Assembly (NCBI GenBank): GCA_963842525.1
Contig: CAWJGT010000025.1
Span: 1 to 64,000 of the forward strand
Source: an uncultured Holophagales bacterium
GTDB lineage: Bacteria > Acidobacteriota > Thermoanaerobaculia > Multivoradales > UBA5704
Direction of reading: 5' to 3'
DNA length: 64,000 nucleotides
Position numbers and translations under genes: made by a program. Under the pieces are notes generated by a model that saw nothing but the letters and a program-made list of their open reading frames with translations, searched no databases and was not told the origin of the DNA. Positions 60,436 to 64,000 of the stretch are shown here, in pieces. The stretch's first letter is position 1. Each line of letters opens with the position of its first letter.

Positions 60436-60912
60436 TTACCGGAAGAGACGCCACCCTTGCAGCACGTCGGCTTCCGAGATCTGCAGCTCGTCGCCGCGGA
60501 GCTGGTGCTCCAGCGGCACGGGTTTGCACCCGCCGCCGCCGGCATTCACCTCCGCGAGCCGGAAGGACTTGTCGCACTTGTTGCAGACCACCCAGTCGCC
60601 CTCGCTGCGGTAGCCGCGCTTCATCTTGGCGCACTCTTCGTTGGCGTCGAAGGCGACCTGGAGGTGGCCGGCGCTGTCGCGGCCCACGAAGAAGCGGACC
60701 TCCTGGTTGCCGGTATTCAAGAACCGGAAAAAGCGGACCTGCTGCGGTTGCAGGTCGGCCACCTCGATGTGGACCATGCCGCTCCGGTCGGGAGACACCC
60801 GCTCGAAACCCTGATCGCCGAGCCGTCCTTCCAGGGCCAGATCGGCCACCAGGACAGCCCCTACGAAGAGGAGGACCAGGAAGAGCCCATGGATCGGCTT
60901 GAAGCGGCGCAT
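60436..60912 (-). CDS. DUF2318-like Fe-S membrane protein
   Basis: VRFF, VAFDA..EC, GY...GD.VVCNKC, GGCKPVPL. Confidence 0.75.
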   Translation of the reverse strand: MRRFKPIHGLFLVLLFVGAVLVADLALEGRLGDQGFERVSPDRSGMVHIEVADLQPQQVRFFRFLNTGNQEVRFFVGRDSAGHLQVAFDANEECAKMKRGYRSEGDWVVCNKCDKSFRLAEVNAGGGGCKPVPLEHQLRGDELQISEADVLQGWRLFR

Positions 60913-60927
60913 CGGGGTATTGTGGAC

Positions 60928-62160
60928 TTAATCGCCCGGAGGGGGCAAGTCGGGGGCCTCGGGGATCAGCCCGCAGACCCATCCTGCCATTTCGGCAGCA
61001 GCCGCGGCATGGCCCCTCTCGTTCCAGTGACCCTCGCCCGGAGCGGTGTTGGGGAAGCCGTGGAGGAAGGCCTTCTCCCTCTCGGCGATCCGCTGGAGGG
61101 CCGGGGCGAGGGCCAGCACCGGGATCCCCTCCCGGCTCCCGAAGGCGGCCAGCCGCTCGTCCGGGTAGAAGAGGGTGTCGATCCCCAGCTTCTTCATGAA
61201 GTCGCGGCGCACCCGCGGGTCCGGGTGGGCCTGCGTGCCGGTCGTCAGGCTGACCACCGCGAAGGGGGTATGGTGCGCCGCGGCCTCGTCGCGCGCCGCC
61301 CGCAGCAGGACCTCGGTCGCCGCCCATGCTTCCTGCCACTGGAGGTCCACCGGCACCTGATAGACCGCGGTGTCGAGCCCCAGCTCGTGGACCGCGGCCG
61401 CGGCCTGCACCCGGCTCGCCCTGCGAGCACCGACCCAGCCGTCGAAGGCGCTCTTGGCCTGCTTGCCGAGCTGCAGCAGCCGCGAGTGGTCGAAAGCCCG
61501 GTAGAGCAGCCGGCCCGCGGCGCTCCGCCGCAGCTTGTAGCCGCGCGTCGCGCGGAAGGAGTCGTCGAGCGCCAGGCGGCCGTCCGGGCCGGGGACGAGG
61601 TAGGGCCGCGAGGGGTCGAGGTCGAGGGCTCGGTCGTTGTTGCGCACGTCGTTGCCGGTGTAGAAGGCCAGCAGCACCAGGTCCGGTTCGTACTTCCAGA
61701 CGCGGTGGCGCAGGGTCAGCAGCTCCTGGGCCGTGCCGTACCCCGAGACGCCGAAGTCGAGCGCCTCGACGTTTCGGCCCCCCCGGGAGCCCCGCCTCAA
61801 TACCGCCGGGCAGCGGGCCAGCTCCTTCTCGAGCAGCGACCAGAAGGTCTTCTCCACCGGCACCTGGAGAGCCTCGGCGCAGGAGTCGCCGAGGACCGCG
61901 ATGCGCACCTCCCCGGCGGGTTTGGCGACCGGATGCTCCTCGTCCCGCATCCCGTCCTCGTTGATGGACACCCAGGCGTTTCCCTCCGAGCGCCACCACC
62001 CCCGGGCCCCGGGCCTCAGCTCCCACCCCCGCACAGGGTCCGGCTGGTAGAAGTTGGGATGCGAGACGCCGGCGATGCGCAACACCACCTCGACGAGCAG
62101 CAGGGTGACCGCCGTCGAGACCAGGAGGAGGATCAGCTTGGCGCGCTTGGAGGGAGGCAT
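60928..62160 (-). CDS. Membrane-anchored SGNH/GDSL hydrolase
   Basis: INEDGMRD, LGDS, GVSGYGTAQE, GND, GHWNERGH. Confidence 0.88.
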   Translation of the reverse strand: MPPSKRAKLILLLVSTAVTLLLVEVVLRIAGVSHPNFYQPDPVRGWELRPGARGWWRSEGNAWVSINEDGMRDEEHPVAKPAGEVRIAVLGDSCAEALQVPVEKTFWSLLEKELARCPAVLRRGSRGGRNVEALDFGVSGYGTAQELLTLRHRVWKYEPDLVLLAFYTGNDVRNNDRALDLDPSRPYLVPGPDGRLALDDSFRATRGYKLRRSAAGRLLYRAFDHSRLLQLGKQAKSAFDGWVGARRASRVQAAAAVHELGLDTAVYQVPVDLQWQEAWAATEVLLRAARDEAAAHHTPFAVVSLTTGTQAHPDPRVRRDFMKKLGIDTLFYPDERLAAFGSREGIPVLALAPALQRIAEREKAFLHGFPNTAPGEGHWNERGHAAAAAEMAGWVCGLIPEAPDLPPPGD

Positions 62161-62346
62161 GGATCGCAGGGGACGGCGTCCCGATTCTGGAGGAGCGGGG
62201 GCTGGATTGCAACGCCTCTCCTGAAGTGGTCGCGCAATTTTAGGTGCCGGCGCAGGAAACAGACGTCACACTAGAGATCTGATCTGTCACCCCGGACGCA
62301 GCGGCCAGTCCCGGCCCGCCCCCGGTCCGTGGGGAAAGGAGGAAGT

Positions 62347-62595
62347 GTGTTGCGGATACGCAGACGGCCCTTCGCGGCGGGGATGGTCCTGGCGGCCGTG
62401 CTCCTGCTGGCGGCCACCCCCACCACCGCGGAGGAGCGGCAGCCGGAGGTCACCCTGGCCACGCAGCTTTGGGAGTGGATCGGATCGCTGTGGCGCGATC
62501 CGGCCGCTCCGTCCGCACCGGACACGATGGGTGGGAGCACCGACCCCCTGCGCCAGGTGCGCGACAAGGGCGGCGAGATCGACCCCAACGGGTAG
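62347..62595 (+). CDS. Small secreted peptide ending in GGEIDPNG
   Basis: AGGAGG RBS, GTG start, Sec-type signal peptide (RRR, hydrophobic core, TTA), C-terminal DKGGEIDPNG*. Confidence 0.7.
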   Translation: MLRIRRRPFAAGMVLAAVLLLAATPTTAEERQPEVTLATQLWEWIGSLWRDPAAPSAPDTMGGSTDPLRQVRDKGGEIDPNG

Positions 62596-62667
62596 CTTCT
62601 CCGCCGCTCGCTCGTGCGAGAATGGATGTGTCGATTGCAGGCTTTGCTGCCGTAGGGGGGAATCTCC

Positions 62668-64000
62668 TTGAACGATCACCTGACCGATCCGGAGATCGAG
62701 CGCTTCATCCTCGGCGAGCTGACCGCCTCGGAAGTGAAGCGGGTGGTCCGCCACCTCCTGCAAGGCTGTGAGGCCTGCGAGGAACGGCTGCAGCCGTTCC
62801 TCGACCTCGTCCTGCAGCCCGAGAGGATCGCCGTGCCGACCGCACCGCCGCCGACTGACGAGGACTACGACGACGCCATCGCCCGTGCCATGGGCTCGGT
62901 GGTCGGCCGGCTCCCCGAGATCCGGCGGGAGCGGGAGCGGATCGAGCGAGGGTGCGCGCTCCTCCGTGCTCCCGCGGGGCTCGCCGGCCTGTCGGACGAG
63001 GAGGCCGAGAGCCTCCGCGGCGGCCCCCTCGTCGAGGCCCTGCTCGAGCTCAGCTTCGAGGAGCGCTACCGCGATCCCGGAGAGATGCTCCAGCTCGCCC
63101 TCCTCGCCCGCACCGCGGCCGAGGGCCTCGACGCCGAGGTCTACGGCCACGGGCTGGTGGCCGACCTCCAGGCGCGCGCCTGGGCCGAGCTAGGCAACGC
63201 CTACCGCGTGGCCGACGACCTCGACGAGGCCGGGGCGGCCCTCGACGAAGCCGAGAGGCGCCTGCGCCAGGGCACCGGCGACCTCTACCTGCTGGCCCGC
63301 GTGGCCGACCTCCGGGCCTCCCTCTGCTGCGACCGCCGGGAAGCTCGAGCAGGCCTGTAAGCTGCTCGATGCCGTCCACCGCATCTACCGCGAGCTGGGG
63401 GACGACCACCTCGCCGGCCGCGCCCTGATCTCGCGCGGGATCTACACCAACCGGCGCGGCGCGCCGCAGGAGGCCCTCGGCTTCCTGCGCTCCGGACTCG
63501 CCCTGCTGGAGCCGGGCCGCGACCCGCGGCTCGCCGCCTCGGCGCTGCAGAGCCTCCTCTGGGTCCTCGTGGACTGCGGCGCCTGCCGGGAGGCCGGAGC
63601 CCTGCTGCTCGAAAGCGGCCTGCGGCAGGCGCTCGCCGGCGAGCCGCTCAGCCTGATCAAGGTCCGCTGGCTGGAGGGGAAGGTCTTCGCCGGCACCGGC
63701 CGCGCCGCCCGCGCCGAGCGGGCCTTCCAGGAGGCGCGCGCCGACTTCCTCGCCGCCCGGCAGCACTACCACGCCGCCCTGGTGGGGCTCGACCTGGCCG
63801 AGGTCTGGCTGGACCAGGGGAAAGCGCCGGAGGTCCGGGAGCTGGCCGGCGAGATGCTCGCCATCTTCCGTGCCCTCGGCATCCACCGCGAGGCGGTGCG
63901 CGCCCTCGACCACCTGCACCGGGCCTGCCGCCATCAGCGCGCCACCCCGGCCACGGTCCGCCACGTCAGCCGCTTCCTCGCACGCCTGGAGCAGGAGCCG
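62668..64000 (+). CDS. Large TPR protein with N-terminal zf-HC2-like motif (frameshift near 63345; runs off window)
   Basis: HL....IERF..., RHLLQGCEAC, ARAWAELGNAYRV; continues in another frame GDDHLAGRALIS...LEGK. Confidence 0.75.

Noticed and set aside
62233-62249. Sigma-54-like site on the minus strand upstream of the SGNH gene (CGGCAC-CTAAAA-TTGC)
   Set aside because: The spacer is 6 nt rather than the strict 5

Overview
High-GC bacterial chromosomal window spanning the replication-origin region. Gene content (mglBA, bshCBA, a repeated 'GxFWFF..N.E..VKVLDGR' surface domain, a DPNG peptide next to a TPR gene) suggests Acidobacteriota, probably Thermoanaerobaculia; this is inference. Most of it is housekeeping: dnaA, mutY, recR-ybaB-dnaX-ffs, tadA, two tRNA-Ser, rpmH-rnpA/yidD-yidC-jag-rsmG-parAB with parS sites, two lepB, comEA, tmRNA, dusB, bacillithiol genes, a membrane pyrophosphatase, two MutS-like genes, glmS-glmU-yvcK and mglAB. 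Two lower-GC toxin-antitoxin islets sit at the 3' ends of tmRNA and glmS. Several normally essential or conserved genes (dnaA, tadA, parA, glmS, glmU) are frameshifted, most likely from uncorrected read errors. The standout unexplained signal is in the apparently non-coding 1.2 kb between dnaA and mutY. It holds a tandem array of three ~255-bp units, each with a correctly spaced sigma-54 promoter, a ~200-nt region with a 5'/3' closing stem and conserved motifs, and its own intrinsic terminator. This looks like a family of three paralogous sigma-54-dependent structured RNAs transcribed divergently from dnaA. Other notable items: an 8x42-bp palindromic tandem repeat, an RnpA-YidD fusion, an MntA-type antitoxin with a nuclease-like N-terminal extension, a membrane pseudokinase, and a secreted 'DPNG' peptide plus TPR protein pair.
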